Of a stretch of 64,000 nt of DNA, positions 1-8,844 are shown in pieces (position 1 is the first letter of the stretch; each line of letters starts with the position of its first letter). The stretch comes from a virus. Taxonomy: Duplodnaviria; Caudoviricetes. Under the pieces are notes generated by a model. It was not told the DNA's origin. It saw nothing but the letters and a program-made list of their open reading frames with translations, and searched no databases. The DNA lies in IMG/VR virus record IMGVR_UViG_3300025732_000016. One strand, written 5' to 3'. The position numbers and the translations under genes were made by a program.

Positions 1-221
1 AGGATCTTCTTGCCCCGAAGCTTCCTCACTAGTCCCGCTCCCGCCCCTGCATCTCCGAGAAATACGTCACCGACGACGTACACAGTGTCTTCCTCTTTGA
101 CCGTCTCATTCCAGCGCTCGATTAGCGCGGCATTCATGGCTCCCAGAGACTCGAAGGGGCGGGAGCAGTATTTCAGAATGTTCTCATGGTTCAGGTGGAG
201 GTCGCTGGTGAACCAGTTCAA
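1..221 (-). CDS. Calcineurin-like metallophosphoesterase (3' partial, runs off window start; missing from ORF track)
   Basis: Manual translation from TTG at 221: MNWFTSDLHLNHENILKYCSRPFESLGAMNAALIERWNETVKEEDTVYVVGDVFLG; DxH and GD motifs of phage metallophosphoesterases; starts 1 nt after the stop of 223..1251. Confidence 0.85.
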   Translation of the reverse strand, partial: MNWFTSDLHLNHENILKYCSRPFESLGAMNAALIERWNETVKEEDTVYVVGDVFLGDAGAGAGLVRKLRGKKI

Positions 222-222
222 G

Positions 223-1251
223 TTAGACTCCGAAGATCTGGCGGACCCTCTCACCCTGCGTGACGTTGAGCTTCCTCATCTTTGCCTCCTGTTCAGGAGT
301 GATGTCCTTGGAGAGCTTCCTTCCAACATTCTCGTCCATTCCCTCTACGAAGGAATCGTAGATTGTCGTCAGCATCTCCCTCGAATCAACATCACCGGCT
401 TTCTCCATTGTCCTTGCCAGTCCTACAATACCATAAGCAAGTTCTGATATGTTTACATCGTCTGGGTTCAATCCCGGATATTGTTCGAGGAGAGGGTCAG
501 CGACGTAGGCTCCCTCGATGACGTAGTCCGCGATGTCCCTGAAGAAGCTCCTGAAGTCTGTAGAGACGGAGTGGTAGGTGATGCCGGCCCTGAACTTGGA
601 GGGGACCCTCTCACCGTCCTTTAGACGAGCCATCACACCCTCAGTGCCGATAGTGAGGACGAGGTAGTCACCGAGAGCCTTGTAGAGGTTACCGGTGACA
701 TAGCCCTTGATACCGCGCTCGGGAGTGTAGCGACCCTTCATCCACTCTGAATAGCTTGGATGCGTAACGACTGTATCAACTTGCGCCAGACCGCCTGAAG
801 GGACTTTGACAATGATCATGAGTGGGTGACCGCCCACAGTGAGATCGACGTCGACCATTGGGGGCCTGACCGTCGTGAGGTACTCGGTGAGGAGATCGGT
901 GTATTCTCTGACTGTGAGAGCCTCCTCTTTCCTCCTCTCTGTCAGATCCTTTCCAGTGTAGTCGACCGGGAAGGAGACAAGGTAGTCGATGTCACCGTAA
1001 GTCGCGCTCGGACGATCGACAATGTCTCTCTCAGCGTGAGTTGCAGAGCCTGTCGGACGAATGGGATCGAGCGGAGCCTTGCCTCTCGACTTGAGCCATT
1101 CATTGAACCCTTTTAAAAATTCTCTGTAGACTCCGCCCGCTTCTCTCACTAATGACGGTGTGAGATCTCTACGGTGCTCAGGAGGAAGTTTTAGACCACC
1201 CTCACTGAGGTAGGCCCTTACCAACTGACGAAGTTCTTTAATTGAGTTCAT
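223..1251 (-). CDS. Putative Pol-beta-superfamily nucleotidyltransferase with capsid-targeting-like N-terminus
   Basis: PTGS...YGDIDYLV (GS plus DxD) and a later QVD (candidate third Asp); N-terminus ELRQLVRAYLSE-GG. Confidence 0.6.
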   Translation of the reverse strand: MNSIKELRQLVRAYLSEGGLKLPPEHRRDLTPSLVREAGGVYREFLKGFNEWLKSRGKAPLDPIRPTGSATHAERDIVDRPSATYGDIDYLVSFPVDYTGKDLTERRKEEALTVREYTDLLTEYLTTVRPPMVDVDLTVGGHPLMIIVKVPSGGLAQVDTVVTHPSYSEWMKGRYTPERGIKGYVTGNLYKALGDYLVLTIGTEGVMARLKDGERVPSKFRAGITYHSVSTDFRSFFRDIADYVIEGAYVADPLLEQYPGLNPDDVNISELAYGIVGLARTMEKAGDVDSREMLTTIYDSFVEGMDENVGRKLSKDITPEQEAKMRKLNVTQGERVRQIFGV

Positions 1252-1282
1252 TTAATGGCCTCATGAATCAGAATGTAAAATT

Positions 1283-1480
1283 CTAAGAGCTCTGACCGAG
1301 TGAAGACCTGAGAGTCCTGATGAGAGCTTCCTCAATCTCCGGTGTCACCTTGAACGTTACGCTAGCCGTACCGTCAGGCTGAGAAGTAAGAGTGACTCCG
1401 CAGACTATCTCGCTGTTAAAGCTGAGAGTCCGATTCTCAGGATTCTGGACTGTCTGATTGAGTGTGACTGTTGTTTCCAT
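1283..1480 (-). CDS. Hypothetical protein (65 aa)
   Basis: Fills the gap between flanking genes, starts 1 nt after the upstream stop. Confidence 0.6.
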   Translation of the reverse strand: METTVTLNQTVQNPENRTLSFNSEIVCGVTLTSQPDGTASVTFKVTPEIEEALIRTLRSSLGQSS

Positions 1481-1481
1481 A

Positions 1482-2558
1482 CTATGACCCCGTTAGAATG
1501 AGAACTGTCCCAGCAGTGCCTGCGGCGCCGGTGGTGCCGCCATTTGCGCCATTTCCGAAGGCGCCCCCCACTGATGAAACTGTTCCAAGATTGATGACCG
1601 TGTTTGCTGCAACGATGACTCCGCCGCCTGCGCCGCCACCGCCGCCGCCGGCTTTTGTAGTACCACCTGCTGATGTTCCATTTGCACCGTTCCCACCGAT
1701 TGCACGAATTGTTCCAGCGTTATTAAGGGAGTCACAGAAAACGTAGCAGTTCGCCGCCCCTCCGCCACCGCCGCCGCCCGTCCCAGAATTGACACCGTCG
1801 CCGTTGACAGCCCCACCACCGCCGCCGCCCGAACCGTTTATTGATTGCACGGTTGCGACGTTGAAAACTCTACGTCGAACAAAGAAACCGATGTCACGCC
1901 AGCCTGTCACCACTGCAACAGGGGCAACAGTGGTGTTACCAGTTCCACCCGCTTGAGCGCCCGCGCCGCCGCCCCCGCCGCCGCTGGAGTTCGAGCCAGC
2001 TCCTGACGCATTCGAACCCGCAGCGTTTCCGGTCGTCGGACCGCCGCCGTTTCCTCCCCCGCCGGTTGAGTAGTTCCAGGACCCCTGGTTGGAGATTGCT
2101 CCACCTGCCGTGGCGTTTGTCGCATCGTTACCCTTCGCCTCGTAGGTTCCGTTGTTCGTCAGGGTCCCTTTCACAAAAGGGAGAAACCCAGCAACCCGAA
2201 GTGTCACCCCCGAGTTGATCGTGAGATCGCGAAGGTAGGCATCGCGGGTCATCGTATAGACGGAGCCCACTCTCGACGCCCAACTTACAGAAGCAGAACC
2301 ATCGAGAGTCGCCGAACCGTCTGACGCATCACCAAGGAAAGATGAGGGTATGTTGAAATTCTGGGCGCTGATACTTCCCGTTATGATGAGGGCTACGCCC
2401 GTGCCAGCGTTAATGGTGACAGCCCCTGAGTCTGCAGTGATCGTTCGACCCGTTCCCACCCCGCCGTTATCGTAAGCATCATCGAGTGAGTAGACAATGT
2501 CAGCGGGCCCGAGACTGTTGTCGGCAACCTGCAGACCTCTGATCCTTGTGGGTGGCAT
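1482..2558 (-). CDS. Glycine-rich virion/fibre-like protein
   Basis: Poly-Gly and GGxGG runs, beta-rich N-terminal half; GGAG SD upstream. Confidence 0.6.
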   Translation of the reverse strand: MPPTRIRGLQVADNSLGPADIVYSLDDAYDNGGVGTGRTITADSGAVTINAGTGVALIITGSISAQNFNIPSSFLGDASDGSATLDGSASVSWASRVGSVYTMTRDAYLRDLTINSGVTLRVAGFLPFVKGTLTNNGTYEAKGNDATNATAGGAISNQGSWNYSTGGGGNGGGPTTGNAAGSNASGAGSNSSGGGGGGAGAQAGGTGNTTVAPVAVVTGWRDIGFFVRRRVFNVATVQSINGSGGGGGGAVNGDGVNSGTGGGGGGGAANCYVFCDSLNNAGTIRAIGGNGANGTSAGGTTKAGGGGGGAGGGVIVAANTVINLGTVSSVGGAFGNGANGGTTGAAGTAGTVLILTGS

Positions 2559-2567
2559 TTTAGCTCC

Positions 2568-3356
2568 TTATCGTATCCTTTTCTCAGGGCGTGTGCCGAG
2601 TTTCCTCCGCTCAGCGCCAGACTTTATCCTGCGAACTCTTCCGAGTCTATCGACGATGTCGAACTCGGGCTCAGACTCGAGCTTCACAATGATGTCTTTG
2701 AGGACATCATCATCTGGTGTAGGTATCTGCATTACCCTGCAACAAGCATGCAAAACTTGAATTCGCTTTTGCGTGTCACCGAAAGAGATACCCCAGTGCC
2801 AGCTAATCGTCTTCTGAGATCCCTCGATCTCATCCCTGATCGATCTTATCTTTGACTCCAGAGCCCTCTCCAGCTCTGCAGTGGGGATCTCCACTTCAAT
2901 CTCAAGTTCTGCAGCGACCTCAGCAAGAGACTCATATTTCTTCTCGTGATACGCTGAAGTTGCTTCTCTATATAGAGAGATGAGCCTTTCGCGCTGATTG
3001 TCAGTGAGCCTTTCATCGTTGCCTATCCTGTCTGGATGCGTCTTGAGCGCGATCATCCTGTAGGCTTTCTTTGCCCACCCAGGCGTCGAATCAGCAGGAA
3101 TCTCACCAGTCGCTTCATCCTCTTCTAGTGGAGGTGGTGGAGGCGGTGGGTGTGAAGACTCTGGGGGATTTTGCTCACCGACAGGCCGTCTAATGTCAGG
3201 CGAGCTTTCCCTTTCGACTATCTTCGTGAAACGAGAGAGGGCCACAATCGCCCTGTTCACATCGTGATCGTAGGCCGCCTTTCTCTCAGAAACTTCATCC
3301 CTCTCATCCTTGAGATCTCTGAGGGCTTTTGCGAGGGACGAGGCCCTTGACATCAT
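2568..3356 (-). CDS. J-domain (DnaJ-like) protein
   Basis: WAKKAYRMIALKTHPDR...LYREATSAY: helix II, HPD motif, helix III; poly-Pro linker before it. Confidence 0.85.
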   Translation of the reverse strand: MMSRASSLAKALRDLKDERDEVSERKAAYDHDVNRAIVALSRFTKIVERESSPDIRRPVGEQNPPESSHPPPPPPPLEEDEATGEIPADSTPGWAKKAYRMIALKTHPDRIGNDERLTDNQRERLISLYREATSAYHEKKYESLAEVAAELEIEVEIPTAELERALESKIRSIRDEIEGSQKTISWHWGISFGDTQKRIQVLHACCRVMQIPTPDDDVLKDIIVKLESEPEFDIVDRLGRVRRIKSGAERRKLGTRPEKRIR

Positions 3357-3601
3357 TTTCTCCGCTTATACTCTTTCCAGATCTCAAGTGGCCAGAGGAA
3401 TGACTGCCGGTAGCGAGCAACGATCTTCTCCTCCACCGCTTGACACTCACGCTTTGTCTCTCTTGACCTCGTGAGCTCGCCGAGATCACGCACGAAATTA
3501 GCGATCACGATCTTGGAGACAAGAGAAGAGACTGCGATGACAGTATACTCTGCCGAGATGATCGCTAGAGCGCAAAGGACAATTTGAAGATTTTCTGACA
3601 A
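3353..3601 (-). CDS. Small membrane protein
   Basis: Hydrophobic N-terminal ~35 aa; TTG start with GGGAGG SD; overlaps next start. Confidence 0.6.
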   Translation of the reverse strand: MSENLQIVLCALAIISAEYTVIAVSSLVSKIVIANFVRDLGELTRSRETKRECQAVEEKIVARYRQSFLWPLEIWKEYKRRK

Positions 3602-3615
3602 GATAGCCTCCCTTG

Positions 3616-4092
3616 CTAACTATCGTTTTGCTTTCTGTTCTTTCTAACTCGTTCGGCTTCTCTGAGAGTCGAAATCTTCTCGGGGTGTCGTGGATCGCCT
3701 TCTTCGTTGATAACTCTCTCAATAGCTTCTTTCTTCCCGATGAGAGTCACTTTCTTGTCATCGAGAAAGCTAGAGAATGATTCGAGGACAGCAACTCTCT
3801 CTCTCATAGCTGGCAGCTTCTCCTTGATCTTGGTTGACTCAACCCTTGCATGCTCTATCATCTTTTCGATGCCTGTGACGAAAATGGAATTGAGCTCTTC
3901 TTGTGAGGTCGATTTCTTTGCGGACTCTAGCAGACCGACAGCGAATCTCTCAATCTCTCCTAATTGCCTGATGAACCGCATCTCGACTTGAGACTCAACG
4001 AATTCAGACCTTGCTCTTTCCAGAGTGTTCCTCAGCATTGTTGAGATCTCTTCGATCTCGCTGACTCTGGTTTCTATCTCTTCGTACTTCAT
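3616..4092 (-). CDS. Coiled-coil hypothetical protein
   Basis: E/K/R-rich helical sequence, 158 aa; ATG 6 nt after a TAGATT -10 box. Confidence 0.7.
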   Translation of the reverse strand: MKYEEIETRVSEIEEISTMLRNTLERARSEFVESQVEMRFIRQLGEIERFAVGLLESAKKSTSQEELNSIFVTGIEKMIEHARVESTKIKEKLPAMRERVAVLESFSSFLDDKKVTLIGKKEAIERVINEEGDPRHPEKISTLREAERVRKNRKQNDS

Positions 4093-4098
4093 TTCTTG

Positions 4099-4126
4099 AA
4101 TCTAAAAATTGATGTTAAAAGTAAAC
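4099..4126 (-). promoter_or_regulatory. sigma70-type promoter GTTTAC-N16-TAGATT, leaderless to 4092
   Basis: Matches the recurring class (see findings); directly follows the terminator hairpin. Confidence 0.45.
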
Positions 4127-4150
4127 GGCGGGGGACCGAAGTCCCCCGCC
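4117..4150 (-). terminator. Rho-independent terminator with cUUCGg tetraloop
   Basis: GGCGGGGGAC-TTCG-GTCCCCCGCC followed by GTTTACTTTT, downstream of 4179..5852. Confidence 0.85.
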
Positions 4151-4178
4151 GCCCCCTCGTCAACCGAGGGTCATGTCA

Positions 4179-5852
4179 TCAGCGGATGACAACCACAACC
4201 ACGTCGTCGATGGCCACGTCGAACGTGAAGTCGACGGAGGCACCTCCAGCAGAGATCGAGTAGTCTGCTGTCGAAGTCATCATCTGGCCGTTCAGGTAGA
4301 TGTCAACGCGTGTGAGGTCCGACGGGAAGACGTTAGATCCCATCGCTGCAGACATATCCACGATCGAGGCATCGGGGGAGGGCACGGCGCCGAGTATCGC
4401 CTTGGACCACTTGCCCTTGCCACCGCCGCCACCGGCAGCGAGCTCATTGAGAGCGCCGATGATCGAAGTCGAGGTGAAGCCAACGAGTGACGTCTGGCCA
4501 GACTGAGCAACGGTGATCGAACCACCGTTGTAGCCGAGCTGGAGGTACTGGCTTCCACCGTCGATGTAGGCGTCAGATGCGGTAGCACCGTCGATGAACA
4601 CCTTGCCGAACTGGACAGTCGCGGAGGTATTGATGCTCTGGGGCAGGCTGAGGGTGATGCCGTGGAGATCGGTTCCGCTGCCAGTGACGATCACCTGATT
4701 GGCGGTGCCGAGAACCCAGTCGGCGAAGTCCATCTCGACGAGGTTACCAGAAGGGTCAACAGCGACCGGAGCCGAACTGAGGTCCAGAGCCTGGATGGTA
4801 TCCGCGGCAAACTTGTCAGAGGCGATCCACTTGCCACCATCAGCCGTCGTCCAGCGGATGCTCTCATCGACGTTCGAATCGGAACCGAGGTAGATACCTG
4901 CTCCGTTAACGATCGAGCCCGAGGAGATGACGATCTTCGCGTCCTTCACCAGAAGGTCCTGGGTGTTGACGTAAGTCGTCGAACCCATGATGTTCAGGTC
5001 ACCGGTAACAGTGAGGTCACCCAAGAAGGAGCCGCTGCGAGCGCTGAGGTCCTTGCTGAGAGTGAGACCTGTCCCTGCCGCGTAGGTCATGCCAGCGTCA
5101 GAAATGATGCTCTTGTCGGTGTCAACGTAAGTGACCTGCGTAGCAGTGAGGTTGGTGCCCTGGAGCTTGGGAGCAACGAAGACGCTGTTCGGGGCGTCGT
5201 ACTTCAGCCCAGCGTTGTCGATAAGCTTCTTCGTGCTATCGTGGAAGACGATCGCACCAGCAGTGTTCGAGAGATCGTTGACCGTGAGAGGACCAGCGAG
5301 AGTCGTGCCCGCAGACTCGAACTTCGCCTTCTCTGCACCGCCGAACTGGATGGAGAGCTTCTCACCACCGAGGCTTCCGAGGTCCGCAACGATCTTCTTG
5401 CCACCAGCGGGTGAGAACTTGAGATCGTTAGCAGTAGAGACCTTCGCTTCGACAGCCTTGTTGAGGATCACGTCGCCAGAAGAAACGGTGACGTCACCCA
5501 CAATCTTCGCGGTGGCGCCGACGTCGAGATCAGCATTGAACTTCGCGCCAGCAGAACCGGTCACGGAGCCAGTAGCGTTGCCCACAGTGAACTTGTCGTT
5601 CGCCGAGCCGTCCTGAACCTTGAAGTCGCCACCCTTGATGGTGGTCGCCTGGGTGAAGAGTCCCGCCACCTGATTGGTGAACGCGCCTGCACCGTGGATG
5701 CGCTTGATGGCGCCAGCAAATTGTCCGAGAACTGCCTCAAGGTCGCCCGCGGCAATAGCGCTCGGCGCCGCCGCGATGGTACCAGAGGCGGCAGCCTCGA
5801 TGCTTGAAAGCGACCCTGTAATAGAGTCTAGTCTGAGTTGTGTACGTGCCAT
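4179..5852 (-). CDS. Virion fibre/appendage protein
   Basis: 557 aa, A/G/S/T/V-rich beta repeats, C-terminal VDIYLNGQ...DY module shared with 6259..7434; strong C/G-ending codon bias. Confidence 0.65.
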   Translation of the reverse strand: MARTQLRLDSITGSLSSIEAAASGTIAAAPSAIAAGDLEAVLGQFAGAIKRIHGAGAFTNQVAGLFTQATTIKGGDFKVQDGSANDKFTVGNATGSVTGSAGAKFNADLDVGATAKIVGDVTVSSGDVILNKAVEAKVSTANDLKFSPAGGKKIVADLGSLGGEKLSIQFGGAEKAKFESAGTTLAGPLTVNDLSNTAGAIVFHDSTKKLIDNAGLKYDAPNSVFVAPKLQGTNLTATQVTYVDTDKSIISDAGMTYAAGTGLTLSKDLSARSGSFLGDLTVTGDLNIMGSTTYVNTQDLLVKDAKIVISSGSIVNGAGIYLGSDSNVDESIRWTTADGGKWIASDKFAADTIQALDLSSAPVAVDPSGNLVEMDFADWVLGTANQVIVTGSGTDLHGITLSLPQSINTSATVQFGKVFIDGATASDAYIDGGSQYLQLGYNGGSITVAQSGQTSLVGFTSTSIIGALNELAAGGGGGKGKWSKAILGAVPSPDASIVDMSAAMGSNVFPSDLTRVDIYLNGQMMTSTADYSISAGGASVDFTFDVAIDDVVVVVIR

Positions 5853-5995
5853 GATTCCCTTCCCTGTCGGTTGGAGTGATCCCAGTGACTACCGAGTCAC
5901 TGAGTACGTTGACTGGACGCGTGGTCCAAAATCTTTCCGTCGTCCAGGCTCGTAGCCCTTAGCGGTTCGCGACTCGACTCAACATGGACTGGGCT
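5853..5995 (-). ncRNA. Candidate structured cis-regulatory RNA (intercistronic leader)
   Basis: Stems AUGUUGA/UCAACGU, CUGGACG/CGUCCAG and CAGUGACU-CGGU-AGUCACUG; possible loop UCGGU/ACCGA pseudoknot; no family recognised. Confidence 0.5.
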
Positions 5996-6222
5996 CATGG
6001 CCCGTAGAGCATTCTCTTCACCTGACGCAATGAAGCGTCATAGCGTGGATACTCTGAGAGTATGTATTCTTGAGAAAGTTCTAAAGCTCTATTTTCTGCA
6101 TCATCAAACTCAAAAACGAATTTCCCTTTTTCCCTGGTAGCTGAGATGATTCTCACACCTCTCATAAGCAGAAAGGCGGCGAGAGAGATGTCAGCAGTAG
6201 TGTAGTGCGTTTTTGTTTCCAC
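5995..6222 (-). CDS. DUF5659-like small protein
   Basis: HYTTADISLAAFLLMRG...FVFEF pattern resembling DUF5659. Confidence 0.6.
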   Translation of the reverse strand: METKTHYTTADISLAAFLLMRGVRIISATREKGKFVFEFDDAENRALELSQEYILSEYPRYDASLRQVKRMLYGP

Positions 6223-6258
6223 GTTATCAATTAGGCACCACGCGAAACTACATGCACA

Positions 6259-7434
6259 CTAATACGAGTACGTCGCAAAAAATCTCGATTCTTGAATGTC
6301 AACTAGTGAGACTGCGAGAACGACATTCTTGCCCGAAAGAATGTAATCATTTGTTTCTCCTGCAGTGAGGAGCTGGCCGTTCATGAATAACATGAGAGAA
6401 TCTGGTGGTGACGGAACGTTGGCGAGCTCGATCTCATATCCCGAATTTCCCATCGTCAGGCTGGTTATGGGCTCGTTGATGGAGTACGACTTCACTGGGA
6501 CCTCGTAGGAGTACATCGCCAGTATGACGTCGTCGAGATTGGGGGCGGGAATGAACTCTGATAGGACTACTTCGTCACCGATAGAAAGAAAATCAGATCC
6601 GTTGCCCCCTGCGAGGAGCTGACCGTTGAGGAACAGCATGAGAGAGGAAGGGGGAGACGGGACGTGTGAGAGGCTGAACGTCTTGTTGACTCCGTCCCTC
6701 ACACCCGCCACCTGCTCATTCATGGCTAGACCGACCCCCAGGCCGCCCTTCAGGTTAGAGACCTTCAGCTCAAGCGCGCTGAGCGAACCAGACAGGCTCG
6801 TCAGTGAACCAGAGATTGCTGAGACGCTGCCAGACAGAGAGCTAGAGAGCGCAGTGACCGAATTTGACAGGGAGCTCGAGACTTCCGTGACCCTGGTGTC
6901 GAGAGAGGAAGACGTGCTCGTTATGAATGTGTTGAGTGTGGTGACGTTTCCTGCGATCAAGTTCGTCGTGGACTGAAGGTTCGTGACTGATGACTGTAGA
7001 GTCGTCACATTGTTCGTGATCGAACCGAGACTCGAAGCGAATGAGCTCACAGTCGCCGCGAGGGATGACACTTGGGCTGAGAGGGAGTCCACGAGGCCCG
7101 GAACTTGGGCAAACTCCTCCGTCAGGGAGCTCGTGTCTGCCTCCGCGTTGATCACGATGCTGCCGTCAGTGTTATTCGCAATGGTAACGTTGTTGCCCGA
7201 TCTAACAGTCGGCGCACCGCTTGGGAGAGTCAGCGCTCCCTCGACACCGTCCTTAAAGTACGCGCTACCATAGACCGTTAGGTCTCCTGACGTGAGAACG
7301 TTCGCTTTCTTCTCTACGACGCCGATCTTCATGTCGTAGAGCGTGGTTATGCTCCTCACCGACTTCGTCTTTGGGTCTCTGACGATGGTGAAGAGCTGAT
7401 TCTCTACTTCAGTTCTTGCAATCTTTGCAGACAA
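6259..7434 (-). CDS. Virion structural/fibre-associated protein
   Basis: Central S/L heptad coiled coil, two C-terminal repeats (L.xVPSPPxSLMLFxNGQLL...D[FY]); TTG start; late motif upstream. Confidence 0.65.
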   Translation of the reverse strand: MSAKIARTEVENQLFTIVRDPKTKSVRSITTLYDMKIGVVEKKANVLTSGDLTVYGSAYFKDGVEGALTLPSGAPTVRSGNNVTIANNTDGSIVINAEADTSSLTEEFAQVPGLVDSLSAQVSSLAATVSSFASSLGSITNNVTTLQSSVTNLQSTTNLIAGNVTTLNTFITSTSSSLDTRVTEVSSSLSNSVTALSSSLSGSVSAISGSLTSLSGSLSALELKVSNLKGGLGVGLAMNEQVAGVRDGVNKTFSLSHVPSPPSSLMLFLNGQLLAGGNGSDFLSIGDEVVLSEFIPAPNLDDVILAMYSYEVPVKSYSINEPITSLTMGNSGYEIELANVPSPPDSLMLFMNGQLLTAGETNDYILSGKNVVLAVSLVDIQESRFFATYSY

Positions 7435-7449
7435 CTCAAGCTCCCAGAG

Positions 7450-7456
7450 TAATTAT
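7450..7456 (-). promoter_or_regulatory. Putative late promoter ATAATTA
   Basis: ATAnWTA motif 15 nt before the 7434 start. Confidence 0.55.
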
Positions 7457-7472
7457 CCCTGAGAGCCCGAGC

Positions 7473-7856
7473 TCAGTAACCGTTTTTTAGACGCTCTAAG
7501 ATCTTTTCGTGCTTTTTGCGGTAAGCATCGTGAAGCTCATCGGGACTGATTCCAATCAGCACCAGAGTCGTCAAGAAGTAATTGTAAGCGTCGACAATCT
7601 CCTCGAGGAACTCCTCCCTCTCAAAATGAGCCACCTCAGTCTGTCGATGGGGCTTCGAGTTCTTCAGGTGCTGAAGAGCTTCGAACATCTCCTCGACTCC
7701 TCGAAGGACGGAATCGCGAAGGATGACCTGGCTCTGCTTCTTGGAAACGTCTATCGGCCAGTCAGGATAATAGCCCGGCATCTTCTCTGAGATTGCCTGC
7801 ATGAACTCTTCACGCAGGCGAAAGATCTCTGTCAGCCTGTCATCAGTTGACGTCAT
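7473..7856 (-). CDS. All-alpha (dimeric dUTPase/MazG-like) NTP pyrophosphatase
   Basis: EEMFEALQHLK...FLEEIVDAYNYF acidic metal-binding helices; start moved to ATG 7856 (MTSTDDRL). Confidence 0.7.
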   Translation of the reverse strand: MTSTDDRLTEIFRLREEFMQAISEKMPGYYPDWPIDVSKKQSQVILRDSVLRGVEEMFEALQHLKNSKPHRQTEVAHFEREEFLEEIVDAYNYFLTTLVLIGISPDELHDAYRKKHEKILERLKNGY

Positions 7857-8067
7857 TCTGGAGATCCAGAGCCTTCTGCGCAAGGTCATCGAGATTCTTC
7901 TGGAAGTTCTCGTTGAACTCGGAAGTGGGGGTGAGCTCCTCTCCCTGGGCTTCAAGACGCAGAGTGCGAAGATTGTCAACGACGTCCGTGCCCGTCAGGA
8001 TGGCGAGCTGGACGAGCTTTGCGATGGAAGAAATGGTCTCATCAGAGAGTCTGTACTGCATATTCAC
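7843..8067 (-). CDS. Hypothetical protein (74 aa)
   Basis: Overlaps both neighbours in the operon pattern; GGAG SD. Confidence 0.7.
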   Translation of the reverse strand: MNMQYRLSDETISSIAKLVQLAILTGTDVVDNLRTLRLEAQGEELTPTSEFNENFQKNLDDLAQKALDLQNDVN

Positions 8068-8798
8068 TCCTTTGGCTTCTTGAAGAAGAGGTCTACTCGA
8101 GGACGGTCCTTCGTGAGAGCGTGCTCCCTATTGATCGTCCTGCCCGTATTGATCGTAGCCACGTAGCCACGATCAATGAAAAAGTCCCAGATATCAACAG
8201 AAGTGACTCCGCAACGAGACAGGTTCTCGTCCTGAGCCTCAATTTGAAAGACTGGGTTGTGCTTGTCGATGAGATTCTTCATTCCGTGGAGGGCTCTGAG
8301 TTCAAATCCCTCGACGTCCATCTTCACGAAGTCAACACTTCCCTCACCAATGTCAACATCATCGATGGCGACAATCGTGATCTCGTGTGAGACTTTTGTC
8401 GGAACGGCGGTCACAAAGGACCTTCCCTCGTTGCCCCTGATGAGATTGATGAAAGCCTTCGCGGGACCTGATCCGACCCCCAACTGTTCGAGCCTCACAT
8501 TCTTGATGTTGTTCTGGTCAACGTTCTGCTTGAGGACCTCGAAGGTCGCGGGATTGGGCTCAAATGAGATGATTCGATTCGCCCAACCGGTGTAGTAGAG
8601 CATCTCCTGACCGATGTTCGCACCGATGTCTAGAACGACGTCGGGCTTCTGGACGATCTTCTGTGCGTATGCCCAGTTGCGCTTCTCCCACGCGTTCTTT
8701 CCGTTTTCATACGCCTTCACCCACAGCTTGTTCTCTGTGAAGAAGGTTACGATCTTGCCGTCAAACTGCTTGACAGTTTGCGTGGGTTTCACAAACAT
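8064..8798 (-). CDS. FkbM-family SAM-dependent methyltransferase
   Basis: VVLDIGANIG, ISFEPNP, DFVKMDVEGFE motifs. Confidence 0.9.
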   Translation of the reverse strand: MFVKPTQTVKQFDGKIVTFFTENKLWVKAYENGKNAWEKRNWAYAQKIVQKPDVVLDIGANIGQEMLYYTGWANRIISFEPNPATFEVLKQNVDQNNIKNVRLEQLGVGSGPAKAFINLIRGNEGRSFVTAVPTKVSHEITIVAIDDVDIGEGSVDFVKMDVEGFELRALHGMKNLIDKHNPVFQIEAQDENLSRCGVTSVDIWDFFIDRGYVATINTGRTINREHALTKDRPRVDLFFKKPKE

Positions 8799-8815
8799 TT
8801 TGCTCCTTGCAAAAT

Positions 8816-8844
8816 AGTGTAATGAGCCGAGGAGAGTTGTTTAA
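8816..8844 (-). promoter_or_regulatory. sigma70-type promoter TTAAAC-N17-TACACT
   Basis: In the intergenic gap upstream of the 8798 start and its AAGGAG SD. Confidence 0.55.

Noticed and set aside
5853-5995. Resemblance of UCCAACCGAC to the c-di-GMP-II riboswitch 3' end and of GCUAAGGGCUACG to pistol ribozyme P1
   Set aside because: Other required elements (kink-turn and GGGCAC/GUGC pairing; CCCUAA pseudoknot partner) are absent; family left unassigned
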